The translations under genes were made by a program, and so were the position numbers. Below, piece after piece: positions 1 through 14,650 of a DNA stretch of 64,000 bases; position 1 is the stretch's first letter, and every line of letters starts with the position of its first letter. The DNA comes from Eledone cirrhosa (Eukaryota), in NCBI GenBank assembly GCA_964016885.1, contig OZ024741.1, positions 156,116,001-156,180,000 on the forward strand, in the 5' to 3' direction. The notes under the pieces were generated by a model. The model saw only the letters and a list, made by a program, of their open reading frames with translations. It was not told the DNA's origin and did not search any database.

Positions 1-290
1 AAATCTGCGGTAGCTAATGGTCAACTTCCTTCGGACATGCGCACGCGCAGACCGGTGGGGGTGAATTGGTACTCACAGGGGAACGGGTGAGAAACCCAAA
101 AGCACGCATTTCATCCGTTCCCATGTCGATTCAATTTGGATTGCCTCGGAAACATAACCTTATTATGTAACAAGCTGTCTGATGATGTCACGACACTCGC
201 ACACAGAACAGTGTGGCCAGTGTCGCTATTGAAATATATATCACAGCATTATTATTAAAGGACTTGAACATCTGAAACTACTTCGCTTTT
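1..290 (+). mobile_element. HHR-bearing repeat (PLE pseudo-LTR-like), left-truncated by window edge
   Basis: Contains the HHR at 174-247. Flanks (GGGAACGG..., TTGGATTGCCTCGGAAACATA, TTATTAAAGGAC...TTCGCT) align with the diverged copy at 23860-24138. Confidence 0.6.
174..247 (+). ncRNA. Type I hammerhead ribozyme, minimal palindromic stem III
   Basis: Stem I GCTGT(174-178)/ACAGC(243-247); CTGATGA 179-185; stem II CGACACT..AGTGTCG with inner CACAC/GTGTG; GAAA 231-234; TATATA; TC. Predicted cut after C242. Confidence 0.85.
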
Positions 291-418
291 CCTTATTCGA
301 TATTTACTCCGTCACTCCTATGTGGGAAAAGTACGTTGAGTGCTTGAATTGAATTGCATCAATATTTACCCTAATAATATAAATATAAACATATATATAT
401 ACCTACATATATATACCT

Positions 419-495
<77 letters not shown>

Positions 496-789
496 TTCAT
501 GCTCAGACGCATACATAAAATTATTTATTATTTTCTCGAAAATAAAACTGCAGGATATATAGAGTTTATTCATAAAAAATATATATATTTGAAAATAAAT
601 GAGACATGAACAGAGATAGGATGATAGAAAGAGGAGGAGTGCGATGGTGCCTGAAAAATTACGTCTATATATTAAGAAGTAGGGGCATACTTGTTTCAAT
701 TCAAATATTTCAATAAGTTTGATATCCATGTCACACAAGTATTTTGAGTGACGTAATATAGTAAAACTTGTCCCGTTCGTATATATATG

Positions 790-861
<72 letters not shown>

Positions 862-862
<1 letters not shown>

Positions 863-944
863 CGAAGGAAATGTGGTAAGGAACCAGGTGGACCATAACG
901 CACCAAAGTACTCAATACTTAGGGTAGTAGGGGTCTTACTTGTT

Positions 945-947
<3 letters not shown>
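862..947. repeat. Short dispersed repeat inside (TA)n; second copy at 4643-4793
   Basis: AAGGAAATGTGGTAAGGAACCAGGTGGACCATAACG...TACTTAGGGTAGTAG is shared with 4650-4716. Confidence 0.75.
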
Positions 948-1033
<86 letters not shown>

Positions 1034-1392
1034 GTGATGTTTTTTTACAAAATGAAAATAACCGTGGTGTCCTACACGAATGAAAGTATAAGGAAAAATA
1101 GTTGAAATCGAAAATGCAACTGGAGTCTTATTTTTTAAAATATATGTGTGTGTTATGTGTGTGTGAGGATATACATGTGTATATATTTACATTTCTATAT
1201 AACGATTCACTTTCATTCTTTTAGAATTGTAGTAAGTGACACCGCAAAATGTAAAAACATATATTCTACACCAGCACATATTAAAATGGAATACTTAAAA
1301 GCTACCTATTCTGAAACCGGTTAGGAAAACATTCGAATAGATAATCAAGAGACCTTTTCAAAGACCACTTATATGGACGTTCATAAACATGA

Positions 1393-1453
<61 letters not shown>

Positions 1454-1578
1454 TAAATCTACCAAAATATACGGTAGTGTCCAATCCGTATGAAGAACTC
1501 AATATAATCCAAATATCATGAAAAGAGAAGATGTATTCAAAATTTTTTCGATGAAAACCACAGGAAAACAGAGTCAAG

Positions 1579-3431
1579 ATAAATTAATAAAAACAATGAA
1601 TACAAACAAAGAAACAGTTCCTTATATTAAAAAGTTCATCATTTTACGGTCGTTTCTAGGATATATATGTGTGTGTTGGTATGTATATCATATAGATCTA
1701 TGTAAAAATATTACAAACTATCAGAGAGAATATACATACCTACACATATATATGCTGTCTTCAGAAATAATTATATTTGTTTATTGAAAAAAACCAACAA
1801 AGATTTAAAATAATAGGTCTGTTTGGGTACAAGTTTTGAATTGACCAATAGAAAAGTAGTAAGTGGTCAAGTTGATAGAATAGTAGTAGTAGAAATTACA
1901 ACAAAATATAAGTGCCTACCATGCATATAAATGTAAAAAAAACATGAATATACCACCAACACATCAAACTAACCATAATACTAAAATAAACCGCAGCAAA
2001 CCACCATCTCATTCACATACAAGTCGAGTAAATTCCACACCTAATTTGACTAACTCCCCTGCTATAATATTCACGAATGGTTGTAACTGTAGAAACAAAG
2101 CAAATTGCCCATTAAAAGGAAATTGTCTTATTAATAACATAGTATATAAATGTAAAATTAGCACTAAGGACTCAACTTATTCATATATAGGAGCTACTTC
2201 TAACCAATTTAAAGTAAGATTTAATACCCACAAACACAGTTTTTAAAATACCGCATTAGCTAATACAACATCCTTGGCTGAAATAATTAATAATTATAGA
2301 AAAAAGAATATCGATTATAACCTGCCCTGGAGTGTGCTCAAAAGGGCCACCCTTTATCAAAATAACAGATATGTGTGTAGATTGTGTTCCCAGGAACTTT
2401 TTGAAATAATGAAATCTAAGGATATCCTATTAAATAAGCGACAATAATTAATTATATTGTGCAATCATAGAATTAGAAGAACTTTCAAATATTATAAACC
2501 TAATTAATATATACCTTACACTTATATTTTACAAATTATTATAATTGTTTCTTTTTTAATTTAGTTAACCTATAATTAGTATTTTACTACTGAGAACTTC
2601 ATAATTTTATTTCCCTTTTACATTTTACAGCTATCTTTTCCTATAATTAATACCTATAAGTATACATATAAACTATTTTAATTTCCTGTTATGAATCTAA
2701 ATTCCTTGTAGTCTATATAAGGTTGTTATTTCTCACTAATTTATTTATCCCCCCCCCCTCCAATTTTTTTTCCTTCGTTTTTAACAACATTCTTTAATAA
2801 CATCTAACTCTTATTTATCACATCTATATGAATTAATATAAATTTATCCCTATAAGTATACCTATCAATTAAATTAATTTAATTTCTTTTTATAGATCTA
2901 AATTCCTTATGTTTTAAATAAGATTGGTATTTCTCACTAACACATTTATCCTAAAATTTTATTCTCCTTCGATTTTAACATTAGCGTTATTCTTTAATAA
3001 CATCAAATTTTCGTGTACCTTTCACCGGCTTGACATCTTTTTATCCCCAAAGTAATCTTTTCATCCAAAGTATTCTTTCTATTCAAAACTAAAGTCTGCA
3101 TTCCTCTACCCCTAAATTATATTTCTACTACTACTATTCTATCAACTTGACCACATACTACTTTTCTATTGGTCAATTCAAAACCTGTTCCCAAACAGAC
3201 CTATTATATTAAATCTTTGTTGTTTTTTTTCAATAAACAAATATAATTATTTCTGAAGACAGCATATATATGTGTAGGTATGTATATTCCCTCTGATAGT
3301 TTGTAAAATTTTTACATAGATCTATATGATATACATACCAACACACACATATATAAACGATCGTAAAATGATGAACTTTTTAATATAAGGAACTGTTTCT
3401 TTGTTTTTATTCATTGTTTTTATTAATTTAT
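1579..3431 (+). mobile_element. 5'-truncated Penelope-like element with inverted pseudo-LTR arms
   Basis: Arms 1579-1896 and 3121-3431 are near-perfect reverse complements and enclose a GIY-YIG relic. An internal ~196-bp duplication lies at about 2655-2985. A decayed CTGAAGA core is at 3253. Confidence 0.85.
1944..2507 (+). pseudogene. PLE GIY-YIG endonuclease C-terminal fragment (Naiad-like by CxC-CPL-C motif; clade is inference)
   Basis: CNCRNKANCPLKGNCLINNIVYKC...YIGATSNQFKVRFNTHKHSF, in-frame stop at 2244-2246, then ...CRLCSQE...CNHR. Confidence 0.85.
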
Positions 3432-3665
3432 TTAGAAAATATCATATATTTTCACTAGCTCTGACAGTTGGCAGGTGAACAATGAACTGTACAGATGAAG
3501 GGTGATACCAAGAAACATTTGTGTCTGTAGTTCTGTTTACATGCCAGCACAAGAGATAGAATGAGGGGCTCATTCTACTGACATGGCTTTAAAAATGAGG
3601 CTTGTTTGCATAATTGCAAACGAATCGAATATTATTATTAATATTCAAAAAACTCAGATTACATT

Positions 3666-3696
<31 letters not shown>

Positions 3697-3767
3697 AGTT
3701 TTGAAGTTTCCGTTGAAAAAGTGAAAGGAACGAAGAGTGCTCTATGTAATTTAGAGAGCTAAATATT

Positions 3768-4582
3768 TAATGTATAATAAATAATACAATATAATTACCT
3801 CATTACCAGAGGTTTCCCGAATAAGGTGAATACAATAAACGTCCGCATTCGTTTCGTTCATCAAACAAGGCAATTTAAAACATAGTGAAATATTTGAAAA
3901 ATCTCCTCAAGAAAGGCTAAAAGTTTAACGGGAAAAAATAAATAAAAGTAATAATACAAGAAATGTATAAAAAATAAAGAAATATAGTAAGGGGATGTGT
4001 GTAAATGTGTATATGCACATACATATGTACTTTATACACTCCCTTCGCTGTATATATCACATACATGTATGTGGTTGTGCGTGTGTGTATGTTTATACGC
4101 GTCCGTCCTTTCATCCTTGTATGTGTATATATTTCAGCCCTTACTCCCTGAGTTTGTATGTACGCTAACTCCATTATCTTACAATTCCTTTTTCAACATA
4201 TATATATATATATGTATTTGTGGTCACACATACACTAATATGTTTGCCCTCATGTATGTACTTATGCACATATTTTTCACTATACACATGCAGATGTACA
4301 CACACACACATGTACATATGTACATATGTATGTGCATATACACATATTTACACACATCCCCTTACTATAGTTCTTTATTTTTATTTTTTATACATTTCTT
4401 GTATTATTACTTTTATTTATTTTTTGCCCGTTAAACTTCTAGCCTTTCTTGAGGAGATTTTTCAAATATTTCACTATGTTTTAAATTGCCTTGTCTGATG
4501 AACGAATGCGGGCATTTATTGTATTCGCCTTATTCGGGAAACCTCTGGTAATGAGGTAATTATATTGTATTGTTTATTATAC

Positions 4583-4586
<4 letters not shown>
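3768..4586. repeat. Fold-back element: ~265-bp inverted arms, each with an outward-facing HHR
   Basis: 3768-4030 is the reverse complement of 4320-4586. The right end abuts (TA)n. Confidence 0.9.
4484..4561 (+). ncRNA. Type I hammerhead ribozyme
   Basis: Stem I AATTGCCTTGT/ATGAGGTAATT (11 bp with G-U pairs); CTGATGA 4495-4501; stem II CGAAT..ATTCG; GAAA 4538-4541; CC-TCT-GG; GUA cut after 4550. The mirror copy (~3793-3875, minus) has core TTGATGA. Confidence 0.8.
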
Positions 4587-4644
<58 letters not shown>

Positions 4645-4799
4645 ACAACAAGGAAAGTGTGGTAAGAAGCCAGGTGGACCATAACGTACCAGAGTACTCG
4701 ATACTTAGGGTAGTAGACTGGGTAATAGGAAATGAGTCAGGACCCTGACGGCTGAGCTACGGCCGTTTCGACAGCTAGTAATTGTAGTTGCCTCTACTA

Positions 4800-5020
4800 A
4801 CAAAAGCATGTCTAAGAGATACATCACAAACAGACTTTCAGCCTGAGGCACACCCGTTATTAAGGTTTCCTTTGAATAGACAACACTGAAAAGACTTTGA
4901 AAAGACGCCACTGGCTACATCACCCTAGCTGCTGTTTTTTAATATGTTATGAAGCCACTCTCCTACTTTGTTGTATATCATTCCAAAATCAGGCTTATTG
5001 AATGCCTTTGCAAAGTCGAG
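4800..5020 (-). pseudogene. CR1/L2-type reverse transcriptase relic
   Basis: LDFAKAFNK...GEWLHNILK and ITGVPQ motifs across two short minus-strand ORFs. Confidence 0.6.
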
Positions 5021-5265
5021 AGGGAGAGACAGGAAGAAAGAGTAAGACGAAGAGGATAAGTTATATTTGAGGAGTAAGGAGAAAGGAAATATAGGCAGAG
5101 GGGTAGGGAGAGAGGGGGCAGAGTGAGATAACAAGTGAGATAGAGAGTATAGAGTGACCTAATGTAGGTAGTGTTGGTAGGAGTGGGAGAGTAAAAGTGA
5201 TAAAGTGATGATGGGATATATAATTAGAGATATATAATGAGAGTGGGGTGGAGCGAAGAGAGAGA

Positions 5266-5347
<82 letters not shown>

Positions 5348-5834
5348 AACAAAGAAGTAATAAATAAATGTAGTAGCTAATGTATTTATATATACACCCA
5401 ATTCTTTTGAAAGTGAGATAGAAGCATAAGGAGATTTTAACTCATGGCATCATCGGTGTACACGCAAGTCCATGTATTAATACTCAAAAACCAACAATTT
5501 ACTGCATATACAATTGCTACCATATACAACTAACAAAAATGAGAAATTTTAAATTGTCGTAGCCTTTCAGAATGTTCTAATTGTAAATAGATATATAGGG
5601 ATTACACACTTCAAGATATCCGTATTTACGAACTCATGAAACATTATGTCATATATCTCTTGTATTTACATACAAATAATATATGACATCTATCAGTATA
5701 CAAACCACTTTTTTCGTTTATGCTTTACAAATATTTATATAGATTTCCATTCACATTAAGCAAAATCTAGTTTATATATATATATGTACGTATGTATATA
5801 TATATATATTTATATATATATATGTATATAAATA

Positions 5835-5908
<74 letters not shown>

Positions 5909-6553
5909 CGCACACACAGACATACATATATATACATATATAAATATACACATGTAAACATACATGTATATTTACTTATACTTCTATATATTAATATATC
6001 AGGGGGAGTAGAACTAAGGGAGGGCAGGGGTTCATGCCCCCCCCCCACCCCACCCCACCCCCACCCTCCCAATTATTATATTTTTCCTCTCCAAGCTACC
6101 AATACACACATCTATTTGTATATGCGATACAATTTATGTACATGTTATGTTTATCGTATATCGAAGTTTTTTTTATATCTTGGTTGATATTTGATGATAA
6201 CTGTGTAATATATTATGTTAACCTTCATAGTAATTCTTTTTGGCATGTCATATTTTTCTTCACATATCACTATTTGCCAATTGTTAGTATGTATATTCAG
6301 AGATATATTTCAGAAATCATTTTGATATACTCATTTTATAAATATTGAAAGCTATAAATGTTATATGAACTGCTTGGACACAAATTGCATTTTCTGTCCA
6401 AAGAGCTAAAGTAATTACTACAACTGAATTGACAAAATTTGGCCCTCTACCAATTCAGAAGTGATTCCACGTCTTGTACAAAAGGATGATGTTGTTCATC
6501 TAGAAAACACATATTTATGAGGCGTTTATGAGGCTGTTTGTTTGCAAACAAAC

Positions 6554-6695
6554 CTTCTTCTTCTTCTTCTTCTTCTTCTTCTTCTTCTTCTTCTTCTTCT
6601 TCTTCTTCTTCTTCTTCTTCTTCTTCTTCTTCTTCTTCTTCTTCTTCTTCTTCTTCTTCTTCTTCTTCTTCTTCTTCTTCTTCTTCTTCTTCTTC
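6554..6695. repeat. (TTC)n/(GAA)n microsatellite, about 47 units
   Basis: Perfect trinucleotide run directly at the 3' end of the CR1 fragment. Confidence 0.97.
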
Positions 6696-7237
6696 ACACA
6701 CTTATTAGTGAATTTCGGGAGCACGCATATTTTGAAGGATGCAGTCCTAACAACCGATGCAGGTAGTTTGTTCCATGCTTCAGCAACTCTGAGCATGATA
6801 ACATGTTTGCGAAAATCATGCGTGCTCTGCTGTTTTCTGACTCTTTAGGCATGCCCACGTGTGTTAGACAAATGGAATTCAAAAAGGTACTCAGGGTTAC
6901 TGTTGGCAAGATCGTAAATAATTTTGTGAGTGTTTACCAAATCAGTTGCCAGACGTCGGAGCTTAATGTATCCATTCTCAGGGAAGAAAGGTGTTCATAG
7001 TATGGTAGATGCATTATGGAAGGTATTCGCTTGATTGCACGTATCAGAATAGAAAGACACCCTCGGCCTTCTTGACAATTTTAGAGATGTGCTTTGTCCA
7101 ACGTAAACCAATGGTGATTTAACAAAAAAACTTCTTGAGATTGTGGAGGAAGTATGTGAACGCTGGATGTCTCCTCCCTAAATGCATGGTGGTACACTTG
7201 TTCAGAGCGAACTTAAGTTGCCAGTCCGAGATCCACA
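6696..7237 (-). mobile_element. CR1-type LINE 3' fragment
   Basis: LRVAEAWNKLPASVV is a typical CR1 ORF2 C-terminus. Degenerate upstream ORF2 sequence is present. Confidence 0.75.
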
Positions 7238-7256
7238 TATTTATACATATATATAT

Positions 7257-7358
<102 letters not shown>

Positions 7359-7431
7359 TTATAAATATGTGTGTGTGTATACATTTCTCCCGAATGAAAC
7401 AGTTCTAGTCCTGTAGAAACCATTTCTATAT

Positions 7432-7491
<60 letters not shown>

Positions 7492-7496
<5 letters not shown>

Positions 7497-10400
7497 ATAT
7501 ATAAATGCAAGTTTACGTTTCTGTGTGTCCGCCTAAAACTAGCAAACTACCGGACCAGACGCCTCAAAATTACATGTACAGATTCACTAGACACTCGGAC
7601 AGGTAACGGTCGAAAAAGTTTTACTTTGCAAAGAAGGAATTCATTTAAATTCAATTTACCTTATTTTTTAATGAATATCAAAAGAGATCATCCATTTTGT
7701 TTTTTTATGTTCTCCAGTCTGTAGATAAGAGAGTGAGTAATGGGAGAGAGAAAGAGGGAGAGTAAGGGATGAGAGAGAAATAGAGAGAGTGGCAGATGGG
7801 AGAGAGAGTAAGGGGATGAGAGAGAAAGCGAGAAAGAGAGAGTGTGAGTGGATGAGAGAAGAAAGAGTAAGGGGATGCGAGAGAGAAAGAAAGAGAGTAA
7901 GGGATGAGAGAGAAAGAGAGAGAGTGGGAGATGGATGAGAGAGTAGTAATGGGATGTGAGAGAGAATGAAAGAGAGTAAGGGGATGAGAGAGAAAGACGA
8001 TGAAAGAGAGAGAGGGAAAGTAACCAGCGAGGTTAACTTTTATTTATTTATTATTTTTTACACACTTTTTAACTCTCCCGCTTCTTTAACGTTATTTATC
8101 TTTTCTTTATTTTTTGTTCTCTATTCTATGCAAGAGAGAAAAAAAAAGAGAGAGAGCGAGTAATGGGATGGGAGAGAGAGGGGGAAAGTAGCCAGCGTTC
8201 ATTAACTTTTATTTATTTATTATTTTTACACACTTCTTAACTCTCCCAATGTTATTTATCTTTTATTTATTTTTTGTTCGCTATTCTGTAGAGTGAGAGA
8301 AAGAAAGAGAGGAGATGAGAAATAGAAAGGGAGTGAGGCGGATGGTGAGAGAAAGAAAATAAGAAAAGAGAAAAGATGGGAGATGGAAAAAAAGTAAAGA
8401 GGCAGGAGAGAGGGAGGGTGATTGGAGGGATTCTTTATCTAACGTGTGTCCGCATTTATATATATATTTACACACACATAGGTGTGTGTTATGTGAGGAG
8501 GGGGGGGGGGGGGGGCGTTCTTTAGCAGACGATATATGTTACCATCAAAGCTTATTTTCTACATATGTCTAAAGAAATCACAGATGCTTCTATAGAAGTT
8601 GTATATATGTATGTATTTAACAGACAAAAAACAAAAAACAAAAAAAAACGGTATTTTTAAAAGATGTTAATTGAATATATTATTTTCAGCTGTAATTTGA
8701 ATTAACACAGAAAATATTTTTTTTTTAGTGTTTGTCGGGTTTTTTGGGGGGATAAAAAATGATAATTTCAGAATACAATCAGAAATACCAATATTTTCTA
8801 CATATGTCTAAAATTAATTACACCCAATATACATTCATATAAACAGATCATTTAAAACAACTTTACTGAGTGAACAATACATTCTATAGTTGTTTCTATT
8901 TCGGAAAGAGTGTGGTGTGTAATAATTGTTTCTACTTTTGGCACAAGGACAGCAATTATTCCAGTGCATTACTGGTACTTTATTTTATCGTGTGGTGTGT
9001 AATAATATCACTTCAAATGCCTAGAAAACGTTCCATATCATTATATGGAAGGTCATCTTCAGAGGCTAAGGGAAAGAAAACACAGCGATCTGAAGAAAGT
9101 GAAGAAGTTCGACATGCCCGTCTAGCTGCTAACAGACCCCAAACAGCTTTAGCCCGAGCACACCTTTTGGATGAAAGGGAACAAAGGACTGCTGCTACAC
9201 GAGAACAACAAATTAAGGAACAGCAGCAAATCAGACGAAATACTAATCAAGGACATCGTTTCAACTGCCCGAGCAGGGGAACAAGCCACAAGTAAAATGA
9301 ACTGGCTGATGGGTGCTTTTTTGTATGACCCCCAAAAAGACTACAACAGTAATCCACAAATCAACATTGGGAAAATGAACAGATGCTGCCAGTATTTTGG
9401 TGTCAAGAAGTGGGCAGCAGAAACACCAAGTCTATGCTGCTCAAAAGGCAAAGTGAGCTTTAAAACAATACAAGAACCTCCTGAATTTCTGAAGAATCTG
9501 CTCCTTCGGCATACACCAGAAGCACGACACTTCAATAAATACATCATCAAATATAATTCTGCCTTTCAAATGACATCTTTTGGGGCTGACAGGAATGTGA
9601 TTGACTTTAGATTCTGTACAACTTATAAAATTCAGGGACAGTGTTACCACTTAATGGGTGGCCTTCTGCCAATTTCACAGGAGCCTCACAAATTTGTGCA
9701 GGTTTACTTCATGGGTGGAAATGAAACACAGGCACAACAAACATGTACCTATGTCCATGGTGGATTGTAGTTCTACATAGTCATAATGTTACAAGAAATG
9801 CTTCACCAACATCACATGTACGTCAGTGTATTTAAATATGCACTGGAGCATATGAACAATACCAGAGATCGTAAAATCATCATTAGGGCAGCCAAACCCC
9901 CAGATTCAGAACATGAACGCAGATTCAATGCACCTGTCACTGATGAAGTTGCAATCATAATGGTTGATGAACAGCATGAACGACGTGACATTGTTTTGCA
10001 AAAAACAAAGTGGACATTTGGAGCAAATTTGTGAAACTCATAGAGCCTATGATTCACTCCAATATCCGCTCATCTTTTGGAATGGTCAAGATGGATATCA
10101 TTTTCAGCTACGGCAGATCAGCTCAAAACGGTACAAGAAACTGGCCGATCAATCAGCTGCAAAGAATGTTATGCTTATTATTTCATGGTACTTCATCATT
10201 TCAACCAAGTTCTGCGATGCAAAGAAGTAACCAGCCAGTTCATGGTGGACATGAATGCCAAAATTGAAACAGAAAGATTGTTTTCTGCGAAGGAATCAAA
10301 CTAAGTTGAGGGCAGATAACTACATCCACCATAGAGATGCCATCAATTCTGATGTTGACCCAAGAAATATTGGCCAGCCAGTCATACTACCATCAAGCTT

Positions 10401-13400
10401 CACGGGAGGACCACGTTACATGCATGAACGTACGCAAGATGCAATGGCCTATGTCAGAAAATTTGGTCGGCCAGATCTCTTCATTACATTTACATGCAAT
10501 TCAAACTGGTCAAAAATATCAAATGAATTATTTCAAAATCAAAAACCAAAGGATCGACATGACCTCATTGCTCAGGTTTTCCATGAAAAGCAAAAATAAA
10601 AAACGCATCTGGCTCCTAAAAGAAGGAAGAATCTTTGGTGAGCTTAGTGCTTGGAAGACCACTATTGAGTGGCAGAAGAGAGGTCTTCCTCACTATCACA
10701 CACTAACCTGGTGAAAGGAGAAGATGAGAGTAGATGATATTGATAAGATCATTTCAGCAGAGTTGCCTGATAAAGGTGGTGATCCAGAGCTCTTTGAAAC
10801 CATCAAGTCCAAACTCATTCATGGTCCATGTGGAGTCATCAATCCAGCCTCTCCCTGCATGAAAGATTAAAAATGCAGCATACATTATCCTAGAGCTTTT
10901 ATTCGGGAAACTTGGACTGACAATAATGGATACCCCCGTTATCGTAGGCGTAGACCAGAACATGGAGGCAAATCTGCAAGCCTAACAGTTCGAGGAGGGG
11001 AGCTGACCATAAACAATCAGTGGGTCGTCCCACACAACAAATTGTTGTTTAAACTTTTAAAAGCTCATATAAATGTTGAGTATTGCAGCTCCGTCAAGGC
11101 AATCCTATATGTCACAAAATATATCAACAGGGGCAGTGACATGGCTACCTTTATTACTGACAAAGTACTCAATGATGGTGGGCTAGATGAGGTCAAACGG
11201 TATCAAAGAGGTCGATACATCTCCAGCAATGAAGCTATCTGGCGAATCTTTTGATTTGAAATCCACCAACGCCACCCAACAGTGGTCAACCTCACAGTCC
11301 ATCGGGAACATGGACAGAGAGTGTACTTCACTGAGATCACTGCTCATCAGTTGACACAAGCATCACATGACACTACACTAACTGCTTTCTTCAAACTCTG
11401 CCAGAATGATGAATTTGCTCTATCCCTCCTTTATGCTGAAATCCCAACATACTACACCTGGACCAATTGCAAGACCTGGAATCGAAGAAAGCAGGGTCAT
11501 TTAGTGGAAGGTCATGAAGTCAAGTCAAGTGATGCTATTGGGCGTGTTTACAATGTCCATCCCAACAACAGAGAATGTTTTTATTTACGGCTACTTCTGC
11601 ATACTGTTCGAGGACAAACGTCATTTGAGGATCTTAGGTGCTTCAGAGGAAGGGAGTGCGCAACATACCAAGAAGCATGTAAACAGCATGGACTACTGCA
11701 TGACAATGGACACTGGAAGAAGTGCCTAGAAGAAGCAGCAATCACTCAAATAGCCAGTCAAATAGAGACAATTATTTGCTATTATGCTCACAACATTTGG
11801 AATTGATGAAACTCATTTACTCTGGCAGGAGTACAAAAACAATATGTCGGACGACTATCTACACCTAGCCCAAAGACAATATGTATATGGCAATACGTAT
11901 ATGGAATATACCCCCAGGATTTACAATCAAGCTCTCTGTGACCTGTCCCAGCGAGTTCAGGCAATGAATAGCACATTAGCTAACTGCGCGATGCCAGAGC
12001 CAGATGAAGAAATGGAGGTAGCACAAGACATTTTTTAGGAGACAAACTACAATATTCAAGCATTGCGTAAGTTCGTGGATGAAAATGAACTTCGATTGAT
12101 GGATGACAAGAAATACACCTACCACAACATCATCGAAAACATTCAAAATGACAGGGGAGGACTTTTCTTCATCGATGCTCCTGCTGGCACAGGCAAAACA
12201 TTCCCCATGAACCTCCTGCTTGCAAAAGTTTGCCAAAAGCAGCATATTGCCCTTGCTGTGGTTTCAAGTGGCATTGCAGCAACACTTCTGGATGGAGGAA
12301 GAACTACACACTCCATGTTTAAGCTGCCCATAGATCTCACACGGCATGAACAATCTTTTTGCAACATCAAGATGAACTCACCCAAGGGCAAGCTTCTGCA
12401 AACAGGCAAGATGATAATTTGGGATGAAGCTACTATGAGCCATAAAGGAGCAATTGAAGCTTTGGACCGGACGATAAGGGATCTGAGAGAAAATAGTTGC
12501 ATAATGGGAGGAGTGCCAATGGTTCTTGCTGGTGATTTCAGACAAACTCTGCCTGTAATTCTTCGAGGGACTCGAGCTGATCAGGTCAATGCCTGTCTGA
12601 AAACATCCTATCTCTGACCCCACTTTCAGCTGCTGAGCCTTACAACCAACATGCGACTGCACTTAACTGGTTACAAAGGTGTCAGTGAGTTTGCCATCCA
12701 ACTACTTAAATTGGGAAATGGACTTCTTGAAAAGGACTCCAATGACCATATTCAGTTGTCATTTCGCCATATCATTGACACAGAACAAGAACTGATTGCC
12801 TGAGTGTTTCCAAACATTCAGACCAGGCAATGTGATCCGAAATGGCTCTGTGAACGAGAAATTTTAGCACCTAAAAATGTTGTTGTGAAAGAAATCAACA
12901 GAAGGCTGCTGGAGATGTTACCGGGAGAGAAAATATGCTACAAATCAGTTGACACAATCACTTCTCAAGACCAGGTTGTAAACTATCCAACTGAATTTTT
13001 GAACAGTCTTGAACAAGCGGGAATTCCTCCACACAATCTGATACTGAAGATTGGAGCATCGGTTATGCTACTTCGCAATCTGGATCCTCCGAAACTTTGT
13101 AATGGCACAAGACTCATCATCAAAAATATGATGTCCAATGTTCTAGAAGTTGCAATCATGTCAGGAAAATTTGCTGGTGACAATTGTTTCATTCCCAGAA
13201 TACCTCTGAAGCCAACTGATTTGCCATTTGAATTTCAAAGAATTCAATTTCCGATCAGGCTCAGTTTTGCCATGACCATTAATAAATCTCAAGGGCAATC
13301 ATTGAAAGTCGTTGGGTTGAATCTGGCAGATCCTGTCTATTCACTTGGTCAACTCTATGTTGGCACAACAAGGGTTGGGAACCCTGATTGTCTCTTCATT

Positions 13401-14418
13401 GTGACACCACAGCGCAAAACCAAGAATGTTGTTTATCCAGAGGCTTTGGAATGAGCAATGTCGTAATTCCTCATTCAATGACAATACACACAGATCCTAA
13501 TTCCTTAGTCATGTAGTTTGCAAGGAATTCTGAAGCCGCAAATTTACTGCATGGTGTTACTTTGGAAGAATATGCAGGCATTCCCGGGTACCTCTGCTCT
13601 ATAAAGTAATATAAGTGAGGACTTTGTTGGGTAGAAATAGCAGACAAATTTCCTTCAAATCCCAACTTACTTTCTCAGGTATGTATATATGTATGAAGCA
13701 AAAAGGAATGGTTCTATGTGATAACTCAATCTACTAGAAATATTAGCAAAATCCATTTCAAATCACAAACAACTGTCTTACACACATACATGTATGTGTA
13801 TGTATCTATGTATGTCATGTGAGCCACTATAACTGTTGGTATAGCTAATAGAAATAGAAAACAAATCTCCCTCAAACAAAATCCTACTGTCATAGAGGCA
13901 AATATTGGTGAAAGCTACAGTGTACAAATGTAAATACTCTTTCCCCGAATTACAGAAATGAGTAAGTAAATGTTTCATTCAATCATAACCAATGCTAAAT
14001 ATATTTTCTTATTTTATTTATGGTTTTTAAAATAGTCTTTACATGTTGTTTGAATTTCAGAGGTTCAGATTGAGTAAAAAATAAAAAATAAGAAAGAAAA
14101 TGATAAATAAAAAAAATCTAAATGTATTTTTTGGTCATGGCCTTTTCACTGACAACATACCTAATGATTCATCTATGAGTAAAGTATTATATATGCTGAC
14201 TGTAATAGGGAGCTGTATTCAAAAAGTCACCACTGGAAAAAACTAATATTTTTATCTACATGATTTACTTTGACCAAACGGCAATAAATATTCTACTATA
14301 ATTCCTACTTTGGTTAAAATTCATCAATCATATTTGAATGGTCAAATATTTTGTAATGTACGCAAAATATATTGTAACTTTCATAAAATACCCGGGTATC
14401 ACCGGGTAGCTCAGCTAG
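7492..14418 (+). mobile_element. Full-length Helitron (~6.9 kb), decayed
   Basis: 5' A|TCTCTATATATAAA at 7492. 3' hairpin ACCCGG-GTATCA-CCGGGT (14390-14407), then CTAG|T at 14415-14418. Inserted in (TA)n and encloses the RepHel frames. Confidence 0.88.
9017..13454 (+). pseudogene. Helitron Rep/helicase (HUH nuclease + PIF1-like SF1 helicase), multiple stops and frameshifts
   Basis: LPSSFTGGPRYM, DLFITFTCN, IEWQKRGLPHYH, YVTKY, APAGTGKT, IIWDEATM, GDFRQTLPV, LCNGTRL, FAMTINKSQGQS, in order across successive ORFs. Confidence 0.97.
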
Positions 14419-14420
14419 TG

Positions 14421-14537
<117 letters not shown>

Positions 14538-14587
14538 GTGTATTTGTGTATGATTATATATATATATACCATAATACAGATATACGG

Positions 14588-14650
<63 letters not shown>

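Noticed and set aside
403-1037. ORFs of [16 protein letters not shown], poly-E/K/F/L here and throughout
   Set aside because: Translations of microsatellites, not genes.
1944-2507. Selenocysteine recoding, as reported for some Naiad PLEs
   Set aside because: Conserved Cys positions I checked use TGT/TGC, and the in-frame stop is TAA at a non-Cys site.
9017-13454. Possible host PIF1 helicase or active Helitron transposase
   Set aside because: Fused to a HUH Rep domain within Helitron termini and broken by many stops and frameshifts.
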